A stretch of 49,766 nucleotides of DNA. It comes from an uncultured Enterobacteriaceae bacterium. Its GTDB lineage: Bacteria; Myxococcota_A; UBA796; GCA-2862545. Shown piece by piece: positions 1-7,683 of this stretch (position 1 is the stretch's first letter; each line of letters starts with the position of its first letter). Under the pieces are notes generated by a model. The model saw only the letters and a program-made list of their open reading frames with translations, was not told the origin of the DNA and did not search any database. The stretch lies in the NCBI GenBank assembly GCA_964393165.1, contig CAYMSU010000002.1, forward strand, positions 1 through 49,766. Reading direction: 5' to 3'. The translations under genes were made by a program, and so were the position numbers.

Positions 1-1
1 C

Positions 2-841
2 CATACCATCGCCACCGTGAACGGCATGGCCTGGACCGAGCGCGACCGCGTGCCTGTCCTGATGATCGCGACCGAGGAGGGCCTGTACGAGCTGCCGCTC
101 GCCGAGCGGGCGACCCCGCTGCAGGTGCTCGTAGACCCCCAGAACCAGGACCTCGGGTTCCTCGCCATCACCTCGTGGAAGGGGGCCCGCGGCGGCATGT
201 CGCTCGCCGTGGCGGCCGAGTCGACGGGCGGCGTGTACATCTCCAACCAGGCCGGGCGAACCGGGAGCTTCCGGTTCGTGGGTCTACGCGGCGAGGACGT
301 TCGGGTCTGCGAGATCCAGGTCGACGGTCCGCGACAGTTCCTCTGGGCGGGCGTCTACGCCATCGGCGGGATGGACGGCAAGGGGGCGTTCTCCACCGAG
401 GTCACCGAGCAGGGCCGGGAGCGGGAGAGCCTGACCTGGAATCCGATCGCGCAGAACGACTGGCGCGGAGGATCGTGTCTGTCGCTTGCGTTCCGCGGCT
501 CCTACGTCTACGCCGGCAGCCACCGACAAGGCGTCCTCGAGCTGGACGCGAAGGCCCGCAACGCCACCTGGCAGTACCCGAGCCTGGCCAGCGGGCTGTC
601 GCTGCGCGAGCAAGGTCGGCTGTTCCATCCGGTCCAGACGGTCGCGGTCGACGCCGAGCAGGGCGTGCTGATGGCCGGGGGGCCCGTCGGCATCGTCCGC
701 CGGCGCCTCGACGAGGCCAAGCAGTCCTACCACTCGGTATCGGAGGGCGAGTTCCGCGACTCGGTCGCGTGCCCGTCGACCTGGCTGCTGTGCTCGGGCG
801 AGCACGATCTCACGGTGGAGGTGGCGGATGCGTCGAGCTGA
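2..841 (+). CDS. C-terminal part of a larger protein, probably a phage-tail-like / contractile-injection-system baseplate component (5' end lies upstream of the window)
   Basis: Frame is open from the window edge to the TGA at 839-841, so the listed start at 17 is probably internal. Strong G/C third-position bias. Repeated strand-like segments (EEGLYELPL, GGVYISNQ, WAGVYAIGG, GVLELD, GVLMAGGPVGI) suggest a beta-rich/propeller-like domain. Overlaps the next gene (tail protein I-like) by 14 nt. Function is inferred from context only. Confidence 0.5.
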   Translation, partial: HTIATVNGMAWTERDRVPVLMIATEEGLYELPLAERATPLQVLVDPQNQDLGFLAITSWKGARGGMSLAVAAESTGGVYISNQAGRTGSFRFVGLRGEDVRVCEIQVDGPRQFLWAGVYAIGGMDGKGAFSTEVTEQGRERESLTWNPIAQNDWRGGSCLSLAFRGSYVYAGSHRQGVLELDAKARNATWQYPSLASGLSLREQGRLFHPVQTVAVDAEQGVLMAGGPVGIVRRRLDEAKQSYHSVSEGEFRDSVACPSTWLLCSGEHDLTVEVADASS

Positions 842-1322
842 CATCGAGCGACTGCTGCCCGAGGTCATCAGCCGCACCATCCGCGACGAGTCGCCCATGG
901 GCTCGCTGCTGGGCATCATGGAGCTGATGCACGTGCCCGCCGAGAAGGTGCTCGACGATGTCGAGGTCAACTTCTCGCCGCGCCGCTGCCGAGACCGGTT
1001 CGTGCGCCTGCTCGCCAGCTGGGTCGACCTCGACGTGCCAGTCACCACCGGCATCGGTCGGCATCGCGAGTGGATCAACCGAGCGGTGGAGCTGTCCCAC
1101 TGGCGGGGCACCGGCCGAGGGCTGCGGGCGTCGCTCGAGACCGCCACGGGGGTCACCGGCTTCGAGTTCGACGAGAGCGTGCCCGGGCCGGATGGGCTGC
1201 CGAGGCCCTTTCACATGAAGGTCTCGGTACCCGAGAAGGTGAAGGCCCACCGCGACATGGTGGTGGCGATCATCGAGCGCGAGAAGCCGGCCTACGTCAC
1301 CTACGAGATCGAGTTCACCTGA
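828..1322 (+). CDS. phage tail protein I-like baseplate wedge protein (P2 gpI / TIGR02242-type)
   Basis: 164 aa. LLPEVI...FSPRRCRDRFVRLLASWVDLD...REWINRAVELSHWRGTGRGLRASLE follows the conserved pattern I recall for P2 gpI-type tail proteins (LLP ... P..c...l..LA.W..ld ... R..i..a..l...RGT..gl). Overlaps the upstream gene. High GC3. Confidence 0.7.
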   Translation: MRRADIERLLPEVISRTIRDESPMGSLLGIMELMHVPAEKVLDDVEVNFSPRRCRDRFVRLLASWVDLDVPVTTGIGRHREWINRAVELSHWRGTGRGLRASLETATGVTGFEFDESVPGPDGLPRPFHMKVSVPEKVKAHRDMVVAIIEREKPAYVTYEIEFT

Positions 1323-1341
1323 CTGACTGCGCTCGTGCGCT

Positions 1342-1378
1342 AGCCCCTGAACCAAGCGCAAGCGCTTGTTTCGGGGCT
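1342..1378. terminator. imperfect hairpin between convergent genes (possible bidirectional terminator)
   Basis: agcccctgaaccaagcgc / aa / gcgcttgtttcggggct forms a ~17-bp stem with one mismatch and one bulge. It sits between the stop at 1322 (+) and the stop at 1377-1379 (-). No U-tract. Confidence 0.4.
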
Positions 1379-1958
1379 AGTCGCCGCTGCAGACCTCGCC
1401 GCTCAGGGTCTGCGTGCAGACGACGCAGTCACCCTTCTCGCAGGAGAACTCGAAGTCGGCGCCGGCCGAGGGCACCATGATCTGGGCCTTCGTCTTGCGG
1501 CGCTTGCCGTCGTCGTCCTTTCCGCCGATGTACATCGGGTCGGACTTGCCGAGCTTCTTCGTGCGCATGCATCCGGGCCCCGAGTCGTTGGGACGGATCT
1601 GCATCCGGTACTTGACCTCGTCGCCCGGGTCCATGAGCTGCAGGCGGAGCATCCGCGGCGTGTAGCTGCCCTCTCCGATCGCGAGCTTGCACCCCGAGGC
1701 CTTGAAGCTGTGGGGCCCGCCCTGGCGCTTGCAGGTGAGCCGCTCGGCCTTCGACAGGGGCATCGCAGGCGGGTCGGGAAAGGGCTGCAGGCCCGGCTGG
1801 TTCGGGTCCTGGTCGATCTGCTCCTGCACCCAATCCACGCTCACGACGCCCCCCCCGCCCGAGCCCATGCCCATGCAGGTGAAGAAGGTGATCACGAGCA
1901 GGGCGAGCAGGACGATCAAGAGGATGATGAAGCCGCGCTTGGGGCCTTCCTCGCTCAT
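1377..1958 (-). CDS. signal-anchored, Cys-rich envelope protein (unknown function)
   Basis: 193 aa. N-terminal hydrophobic anchor GFIILLIVLLALLVITFF, then an ectodomain with 7-8 Cys (LTCK, SGCK, PGCM, FSCEKGDCVVCT, EVCS). The ATG overlaps the upstream stop (ATGA at 1955-1958). High GC3. Confidence 0.7.
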   Translation of the reverse strand: MSEEGPKRGFIILLIVLLALLVITFFTCMGMGSGGGGVVSVDWVQEQIDQDPNQPGLQPFPDPPAMPLSKAERLTCKRQGGPHSFKASGCKLAIGEGSYTPRMLRLQLMDPGDEVKYRMQIRPNDSGPGCMRTKKLGKSDPMYIGGKDDDGKRRKTKAQIMVPSAGADFEFSCEKGDCVVCTQTLSGEVCSGD

Positions 1959-4540
1959 GGCAGCTCACACCAGTTGGTGTTGCAGATCCCCTTGAGCTGA
2001 CCCGTGCCCGGCCGCGAGGAGCGGTCCTTGTCCCACTCCTTGGCGATCTCGCGGTGGCGCAGGCACGCCTGCAGGACCTCGTTGCCGAATCCCTGCCACT
2101 TGCCGCCGGACAGCGACTCCTTGCCCCGCCAGACGAGGAACTGGTACTCGACCCCCGCGTCGAGCTTCTCCCCCTGGGCGCGCTCGTACTCCTCCCACAT
2201 GGCGAGCTCCTCCTCCGTGAGCACCGAGGGATCGAGGTCGGAGACGTGGGAGCCGAACACCACGAAGCGCTTGGGGTCGACCACGATGTAGGTGTGCCCT
2301 CCGCCACCGCGGCGCGTCTTGGTCACGAGCACGTCCCCGGTGCGCATCTCTTCGTCGTCGCAGCGGAGCCAGTGGTCGTTCATGTACTCCTTCTTGAGCA
2401 TGAACGCGGTGTTGAGGTAGCCACCCTTGTAGTCGGACTCCGACAGCAGCAGGCACTCGCGCTGCTTGGTGTGCCACTTCCGCACACGGCTCACGTACGA
2501 CGACGAGCCGTAGCTCTCACGCCGGCGGGGCTCGAGGACGGGCTCGTTCATGTTGCCCTTGCAGGCCCGCGTGTAGACCCACCACACGGTCGTCGAGCAG
2601 TCGATGCCCGGAGAGTTCAGGAGCTCTCCCTCGTCCTGGGCGAAGTCCCAGGGACGGTCCCAGCACTCGCCACGCGGCCAGCGCTCGGTGCTGAACCGCG
2701 TGCGGTTGTTGACCCGGCTGCTCGTCTTGGGCAGGCACTGGGCGTAGTCCAGGCCATCACCGGCCTTGAAGTCGACCAGGCGCTCCATGTTCTCGAGCAC
2801 CTTGTACAAATAGCTGTTGGTATTTGCAGGCTTGAGGTAGGAGACGTCGAAGTCGTTGAGCGTGAACTCTCGCGTGGCGACCGGCTCCTGGGGGTCCGTC
2901 TCGGCGTTCGCCTCGACGCGGTAGGCCAGCTGCGTGCGGATCCAGGGGCCGGTAGCCGTGCCTCCCTGGCCGATGCCGCGCTTGCCGCCGCCTCCGATGC
3001 TCGACAGGGCCGAGAAGTCGACCCCACTACCCGCGGGACCGGCGAAGGCCAGCACGTACTCGGGGATGCCGAGCGGCGGCGTGGACCGAATGCCCTTGGG
3101 GCCATTGCCACGCGCGAGGTCGAGCTCGAACAGGCGGCTCCGGCCCGGCGCAAGCGTGACGGCGTTGCCATCGAGGGGGAAGCCGAGGAGGTTGCCGTCG
3201 TTGGCCAGGATGAGACCGCCGACCTCCATCGCGCTCTTCGCTTCCTTGCCGAGGGTGACCTCGAGCTGCCAGCGATGGCACATCGGCACGATCTGCTCGT
3301 CCCCGGGGGGCGCCTCGACCCACGTGCTGTGGCACTCGTCCTGCGTCGGGGCCTCGACCATCCGGACGCGCAGCGGGCCGCTAGGGAACGCCATGCCGAG
3401 GATCGCGCGCTGCCGGGAGTGGTAGTAGAGCTTGTCCATCACCTGCTCGGCCACCGACAGCGGGGGCCGCTCCGTGATCGTGTTGCGGATGGCCCCCTCC
3501 GGGCCCACGATCTGAAGGCGGATCTCGTCGCGGTTCGAGAAGGGGTCTCGCTGAACCACGAATGCGCCGCGGTCGTCGTCGAACTGAAGCCACTTCCCGT
3601 ACTCGGCGTTGCGCTTGAGCAGCGCCTGCATCTCCTCGGCCTGCTCCGACCGGACCTGGTTCGCCTGGTTGCCCACGCTCAGTCGGATGAGGGTCTTCTG
3701 GGGCGGCACCTCGAACTTGGTGACCTCCAGCGGCTTCACGTCGCGCTCGATGTTGAACACTGGCAGGTCGAGGTCACCGGTGATGTCGGGCACCTGGAGG
3801 CTCATGCTGGCGACGGCGGCGACGAGCTGGCGCTCGAGATCGCGGTACGTCGGCACGCGCGGCGTGGAGAACGACAAGGCCTCGGAGAACCACCCGTTCA
3901 GCTCCCCCTCGGCGGCCGCCCCGTGGTGGGCTGCCTCGAGCAGGACGACGCTGCCGGGGTGTGGCCAGCCGTCCAAGCCGTCGCCGCCTTCTCCGGAGGC
4001 GGCATCGGCCTTGCCCTTGGGCACCGAGCCGGCGAACCGGATCTTCACGTCGGGCCGCTCCTCACCGGGGTTGGGCTCGCGGCTCGCGTCGACCACGAAG
4101 GCGACGTGACCCGCCTTGGCATCGATGTTCGCGAGCAGGCCGTCCAGCTCGTCGTCGACCAGCAGGCCGTCTCGGAGCGTGAGGGCCTCGTCCCACGGGT
4201 CGGGCTCGTCGAGGTTGAGGTCGCCGACCAGCGCGCCCGCGCCGGCGAAGTAGACGATGGCCGTCTCCTTGTCGGAGACCTTGTTGGCCAGCGACTTGAG
4301 GCCGGAGACCACCGCCTCGACGGTCGCGTCCTTGCCCTTGAGGATCTCGATCCGGTCTGGCCGGAGGTCGAACTCCTTCTGGAGCAGGTCCGCCATGAGG
4401 TCGACATCCGCCTCGGCGGCGGGCAGGTCTGGCCCCATCTTGGACGAGCTCGCCCCGATCAGCAGCGCCCGGCCCGAAGTACTCGGGGCCGCGGCTGCCC
4501 AGGGGCCGAGCATGGTCATGAGTGCACCGAGCAGCAACAC
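1955..4540 (-). CDS. secreted multidomain protein: N-terminal caspase-fold domain with both catalytic residues substituted, C-terminal NlpC/P60-like papain-fold domain
   Basis: 861 aa. GTG start at 4540 preceded by GGGAGGA. Signal-peptide-like MLLLGALMTMLGPWAAAAP. Caspase-like block ALLIGASS...ETAIVYFAGAGA...HVAFVVDASRE, where active enzymes have SGHG and DxCxSG. C-terminus has GIDCSTTVWWVY ... GDVLVTK ... GGGGHTYIVVD, typical of NlpC/P60 Cys-His modules. Confidence 0.8.
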   Translation of the reverse strand: MLLLGALMTMLGPWAAAAPSTSGRALLIGASSSKMGPDLPAAEADVDLMADLLQKEFDLRPDRIEILKGKDATVEAVVSGLKSLANKVSDKETAIVYFAGAGALVGDLNLDEPDPWDEALTLRDGLLVDDELDGLLANIDAKAGHVAFVVDASREPNPGEERPDVKIRFAGSVPKGKADAASGEGGDGLDGWPHPGSVVLLEAAHHGAAAEGELNGWFSEALSFSTPRVPTYRDLERQLVAAVASMSLQVPDITGDLDLPVFNIERDVKPLEVTKFEVPPQKTLIRLSVGNQANQVRSEQAEEMQALLKRNAEYGKWLQFDDDRGAFVVQRDPFSNRDEIRLQIVGPEGAIRNTITERPPLSVAEQVMDKLYYHSRQRAILGMAFPSGPLRVRMVEAPTQDECHSTWVEAPPGDEQIVPMCHRWQLEVTLGKEAKSAMEVGGLILANDGNLLGFPLDGNAVTLAPGRSRLFELDLARGNGPKGIRSTPPLGIPEYVLAFAGPAGSGVDFSALSSIGGGGKRGIGQGGTATGPWIRTQLAYRVEANAETDPQEPVATREFTLNDFDVSYLKPANTNSYLYKVLENMERLVDFKAGDGLDYAQCLPKTSSRVNNRTRFSTERWPRGECWDRPWDFAQDEGELLNSPGIDCSTTVWWVYTRACKGNMNEPVLEPRRRESYGSSSYVSRVRKWHTKQRECLLLSESDYKGGYLNTAFMLKKEYMNDHWLRCDDEEMRTGDVLVTKTRRGGGGHTYIVVDPKRFVVFGSHVSDLDPSVLTEEELAMWEEYERAQGEKLDAGVEYQFLVWRGKESLSGGKWQGFGNEVLQACLRHREIAKEWDKDRSSRPGTGQLKGICNTNWCELP

Positions 4541-4801
4541 AGGTCCTCCCGCTGACGGAAATGGCGGCCCCTCTCTACCACGGCTCGTGTCCGGCCGGGC
4601 CCATCGGGACGCGGAACGCAGGGTCGACCTCTCTGGACCGCCACGTCAACCCCGCGATCCACGACACGCCTCGGGGCCGCGCCCGGTTCGCCAGGCGCGG
4701 CGCCGATCGTAGCGATGGGGCACCACAATGACGGAAACCGTAGTAGACTCCGCCCGCTCGAGGGGGCCGGGGGGCGCCCCAGGCCGCGGGAGGAGAGCGG
4801 G

Positions 4802-6067
4802 ATGAATCTGGGAATCGTGTTCTTGGCGACCACAGCGTTCGCCAAGCCAGTGAGCTGGCCAGACGTGAAGACGGGCTGGGAGGCCGCAGACATCGGAGAC
4901 AAGGACTCCGCACTGATCGTCGCGATCGAGCAGTACGATCAGCTCGACAACGTGCCGGGCGCACGGGTCACGGGGGAGGCCTGGGAGGAGTACTTCACGG
5001 AGCACCGCCAGATCCCGCTTTCGCGGGTCAAGGTCCTTCGGGACTCGAACGCCACCCGAGAGCAGATCCTCCAGCGCGCCGGTCAGGTGGCCCGCGACAT
5101 GGATCCCGAGGGCATCCTGTGGGTGGTCTACGTCGGCCACGGCGCCCCGTCGAAGTCGCAGACCGAGGGGCTCCTCGTCGGTGCGGACACCCGCCAGACC
5201 GCGGCGAGCCTCTACGCTCGCGGGGTCTCCCAGACCGAGCTCGAGCAGGCCGTGTCCGTAGGGCCGCAGCAGGACATGGTCCTCGTCTTCGATGCCTGCT
5301 TTAGCGGTCGGAACCAGGGTGATACGGCGTTCGTACCTGGCTTGTCGCCCATGCTGTCGGTCGATCTCGCGCAGTCGATCTCGAACCCCAAGCGCACGAC
5401 GGTGTTCTCGGCCGGAAAGAGCAACGAGTTCGCGGGTCCGCTTCCCGGCCTCGCTCAGCCTGGCTTCAGCTACCTGATGCTCGGCGCGCTCCGTGGCTGG
5501 GGAGACGTCAACGAGGACGGCGTGATCACCTCGAAGGAGGCGGTCGACTTCGCGGGGGGCTACCTCGGTCGTCTCGAGGATCGCACGCAGACACCGGAGC
5601 TCCTCGGTAATCCCGAGCTGGTGATGGCGAAGGGCTTCGAGGGGGGCCCGGACCTCAAGAAGCTGATGCGCTCGGGGGCCACGGTCGCACAGCGCAATGT
5701 CGGCCTCCGGCGGGTGCGCGATGGCGCGTTCGTCGGGCTCGCGGGCGTTCTTGTCTACAGCGTGGCGCTCTTCGGCACGAACACCGCCTACGACAACAAC
5801 CCGAGCGAGGGGCTGCGCGTCTTCAACAACTCGCTGGTCGTCGTCTCCGCGGGTACGGTGGCGACCTCCGCGGCGCTGATGATCCGCGGGCTCGCCTCCG
5901 CGGACTCGAAGTCCACCGTCGTCGGTAGCGCCGATCTCCCCCGCCTCGGCAGCGATCGCCCCGAGGTCGGCGTGGTCGGCTGGGCGCCGTCCAGCCCCGA
6001 CCTGCCTGGGCCGTGGGCGTCCCCAGTCCCGGACGCCCCCCTCGCGTCGGACGTCGCGGGCTTCTGA
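4802..6067 (+). CDS. caspase family (peptidase C14) protein with signal peptide and C-terminal transmembrane segments
   Basis: ATG at 4802 is preceded by GGAGGAGAG; the ORF-track start at 4715 is an Arg/Gly-rich extension. MNLGIVFLATTAFA is signal-like. Intact dyad context WVVYVGHGAPS and LVFDACFSGRN. Two hydrophobic stretches near the C-terminus (FVGLAGVLVYSVALFG, LVVVSAGTVATSAALMI). Confidence 0.8.
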   Translation: MNLGIVFLATTAFAKPVSWPDVKTGWEAADIGDKDSALIVAIEQYDQLDNVPGARVTGEAWEEYFTEHRQIPLSRVKVLRDSNATREQILQRAGQVARDMDPEGILWVVYVGHGAPSKSQTEGLLVGADTRQTAASLYARGVSQTELEQAVSVGPQQDMVLVFDACFSGRNQGDTAFVPGLSPMLSVDLAQSISNPKRTTVFSAGKSNEFAGPLPGLAQPGFSYLMLGALRGWGDVNEDGVITSKEAVDFAGGYLGRLEDRTQTPELLGNPELVMAKGFEGGPDLKKLMRSGATVAQRNVGLRRVRDGAFVGLAGVLVYSVALFGTNTAYDNNPSEGLRVFNNSLVVVSAGTVATSAALMIRGLASADSKSTVVGSADLPRLGSDRPEVGVVGWAPSSPDLPGPWASPVPDAPLASDVAGF

Positions 6068-6085
6068 CCGAGCGCCTAGGAGCTG

Positions 6086-6160
6086 GCGCTCGACGACCTA
6101 GCGCTCGACGACCTAGCGCTCGACGACCTAGCGCTCGACGACCTAGCGCTCGACAACCTA
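6086..6160. repeat. tandem repeat, 5 x 15 bp (GCGCTCGACGACCTA; last unit GCGCTCGACAACCTA)
   Basis: Direct reading gives units at 6086-6100, 6101-6115, 6116-6130, 6131-6145 and 6146-6160. It lies between convergent stops at 6067 (+) and 6158 (-). The last unit supplies the TAG stop of the minus-strand gene. Confidence 0.95.
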
Positions 6161-6913
6161 CTGGCGCCAGCTCGTCAGGGTCTTGATGATCGCGGGCAGC
6201 GACCCGATCAGCATCAGGATCGCCATGATGATCCCGATGATGATCACGATGATCGCCGCGATCGCGTCGGTGATGCTCACGAGGATGATGGGCACCAGCC
6301 CGTGGAGGAACGAGATGATGACGTTCGCCACGAGCGAGAGCACAACCATCACGACGAGGCCCTTGTTCAAGAGGAAGCGCTGGTGGGCCAGCGGCAGGCA
6401 GATCGCGGCCACGATCTTGAGGGTCATCAAGATGGCCAGCGTGGCTTGCGCGGCGCCCCGATTGAAGAACCCCCAGATCGCCAAGTAGACGAGGGTGCCG
6501 AAGGGCACGGCCAGGAACATCCCGATCATCAGCAGCACGAGGGTGATCGCGATGAAGAGCATCCCGATGCCCCCGAGGCATCCGAAGAACGACAGCACCA
6601 GCGACAGGCAGCCCTGGACGCGGCCCTGAATGTTGTCGGGAATCACCAGCGCGGTGGTCATCATCGTGAGCGTGAACGTGAGGATCCCGTCGAGAAGGGC
6701 CATGTAGCTGATCGCGAGCCCGGGCTTCTGCGCGCCGTCGGCGCCGTCGGGCGCGTTGTCGGCAGACACGCCGAGATCGCCGGCCGCCGAGAGCATCGCG
6801 TCGGCGGCGAAGTCCCCGAGCGGCAGGAGCTGGGCGCCGATCTCGATGCAGAACACGATGATCATCGCGATCAGCGCGACGATGAGGAAGGGGACTCGCA
6901 GTCTTCGCAGCAT
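6158..6913 (-). CDS. polytopic inner-membrane protein (unknown family)
   Basis: 251 aa, with about 6-7 long hydrophobic segments (FLIVALIAMIIVFCIEI, ILTFTLTMMTTALVI, LSLVLSFFGCLGGIGMLFIAITLVLLMIGMFLAV, IVAAICLPLA, VVMVVLSLVANVIISFL, AAIIVIIIGIIMAILMLIG). High GC3. Confidence 0.75.
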   Translation of the reverse strand: MLRRLRVPFLIVALIAMIIVFCIEIGAQLLPLGDFAADAMLSAAGDLGVSADNAPDGADGAQKPGLAISYMALLDGILTFTLTMMTTALVIPDNIQGRVQGCLSLVLSFFGCLGGIGMLFIAITLVLLMIGMFLAVPFGTLVYLAIWGFFNRGAAQATLAILMTLKIVAAICLPLAHQRFLLNKGLVVMVVLSLVANVIISFLHGLVPIILVSITDAIAAIIVIIIGIIMAILMLIGSLPAIIKTLTSWRQ

Positions 6914-7120
6914 GGGACGCAGCCTCGGGTGGCGGGTGGCCTTGGCGGCGGAATCCTAGCAGAACGAACCGCTCCCGGGGCGCCCGCGGCGGATGCGCGA
7001 TTCAGCCGGAAGCTCCGGCGCCTCCGCACTCGGTCGGCCGAGACTCCAGCCCAGGGTAGCTGGGCATCGAAGCGGCCTCGGTCACGCTCCGTCGGCGGAT
7101 AGTGACCGCCCGAGGCTCGC

Positions 7121-7663
7121 TTACTGCAGGCGCTCGGCCAACCGCCCGAGTGCCTCGGTGTAACAGTGGGTCATCGCCGGCTTGACCTTGCGGAAGAAGG
7201 GCCCACGGAACGGCCAGGGCGGGGGATTCAGCGGGGTGAGCAAGGTGACCACCGTGGTGTCGTCGGTGGCACCCTCCTCGTAGGTGAAGCGCGTGTACCA
7301 CCCCCGATTGCCCGCGTGCTCGATCTGGAAGAGCCGCCCCGGCTCGTCCCTCGTGATCACGGCGGTCAACCGGCGGCGCAGCGGCCCTAGCGTGTACTTG
7401 ACCTCCGCGGTGGCATCGACGCCTTGCGTGGGACTGCGGAGCACCCAGTCCGTGGCGCAGTGCTCGGGCAGGAGGTCCCGGAACGTCTGGAGATCCGCCA
7501 GCTCGGCGTGGACCTGCGACGCGGGGGCCGGGACCGTGGCTTCGACCTCGACGTCGCCTGTCTCCCCGTCCCACTTGCCGCCCCAGGCCACCGCCACCAT
7601 GAGCCACACCACGTGCACGCACCCTCCGTCCCGCTGGTGGCCCCGCCTACCTCGGACAGCCAC
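7121..7663 (-). CDS. SRPBCC (START/polyketide cyclase-dehydrase-like) family protein
   Basis: The core VEVEATVPAPASQVHAELADLQTFRDLLP ... LTAVITRDEPGRLFQIEHAGNRGWYTRFTYEE looks like the SRPBCC beta-alpha-beta pattern. Start is uncertain; the ATG at 7600 (MVAVAWGG) is an alternative. Confidence 0.6.
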   Translation of the reverse strand: MAVRGRRGHQRDGGCVHVVWLMVAVAWGGKWDGETGDVEVEATVPAPASQVHAELADLQTFRDLLPEHCATDWVLRSPTQGVDATAEVKYTLGPLRRRLTAVITRDEPGRLFQIEHAGNRGWYTRFTYEEGATDDTTVVTLLTPLNPPPWPFRGPFFRKVKPAMTHCYTEALGRLAERLQ

Positions 7664-7683
7664 AGCGGGCTACGAGTCGGGCG

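Noticed and set aside
3885-3901. Other GTTCAG/CTGAAC occurrences as LexA boxes (e.g. GAACCACCCGTTCAG here, and sites near 10575, 11813 and 9254)
   Set aside because: They are inside coding regions, the partner half-site is missing or wrongly spaced, and the match to the 17-mer consensus is poor.
2054-4555. 833-aa plus-strand ORF
   Set aside because: It is antisense to the 861-aa caspase-fold/NlpC-P60 gene. The product is Arg/Ala/Leu/Gly-rich with no recognisable motif, typical of a high-GC shadow ORF. The minus-strand product has a signal peptide, an RBS and domain signatures.
6086-6160. Possible CRISPR array
   Set aside because: The units are directly adjacent with no spacers, they are only 15 bp long, and no cas genes are present. 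This is a plain tandem repeat.
7075-7116. Hairpin downstream of the SRPBCC gene as a terminator
   Set aside because: The stem (gcctcggtcac / gtgaccgcccgaggc) is interrupted and has no U-tract on the relevant strand; too weak to call.
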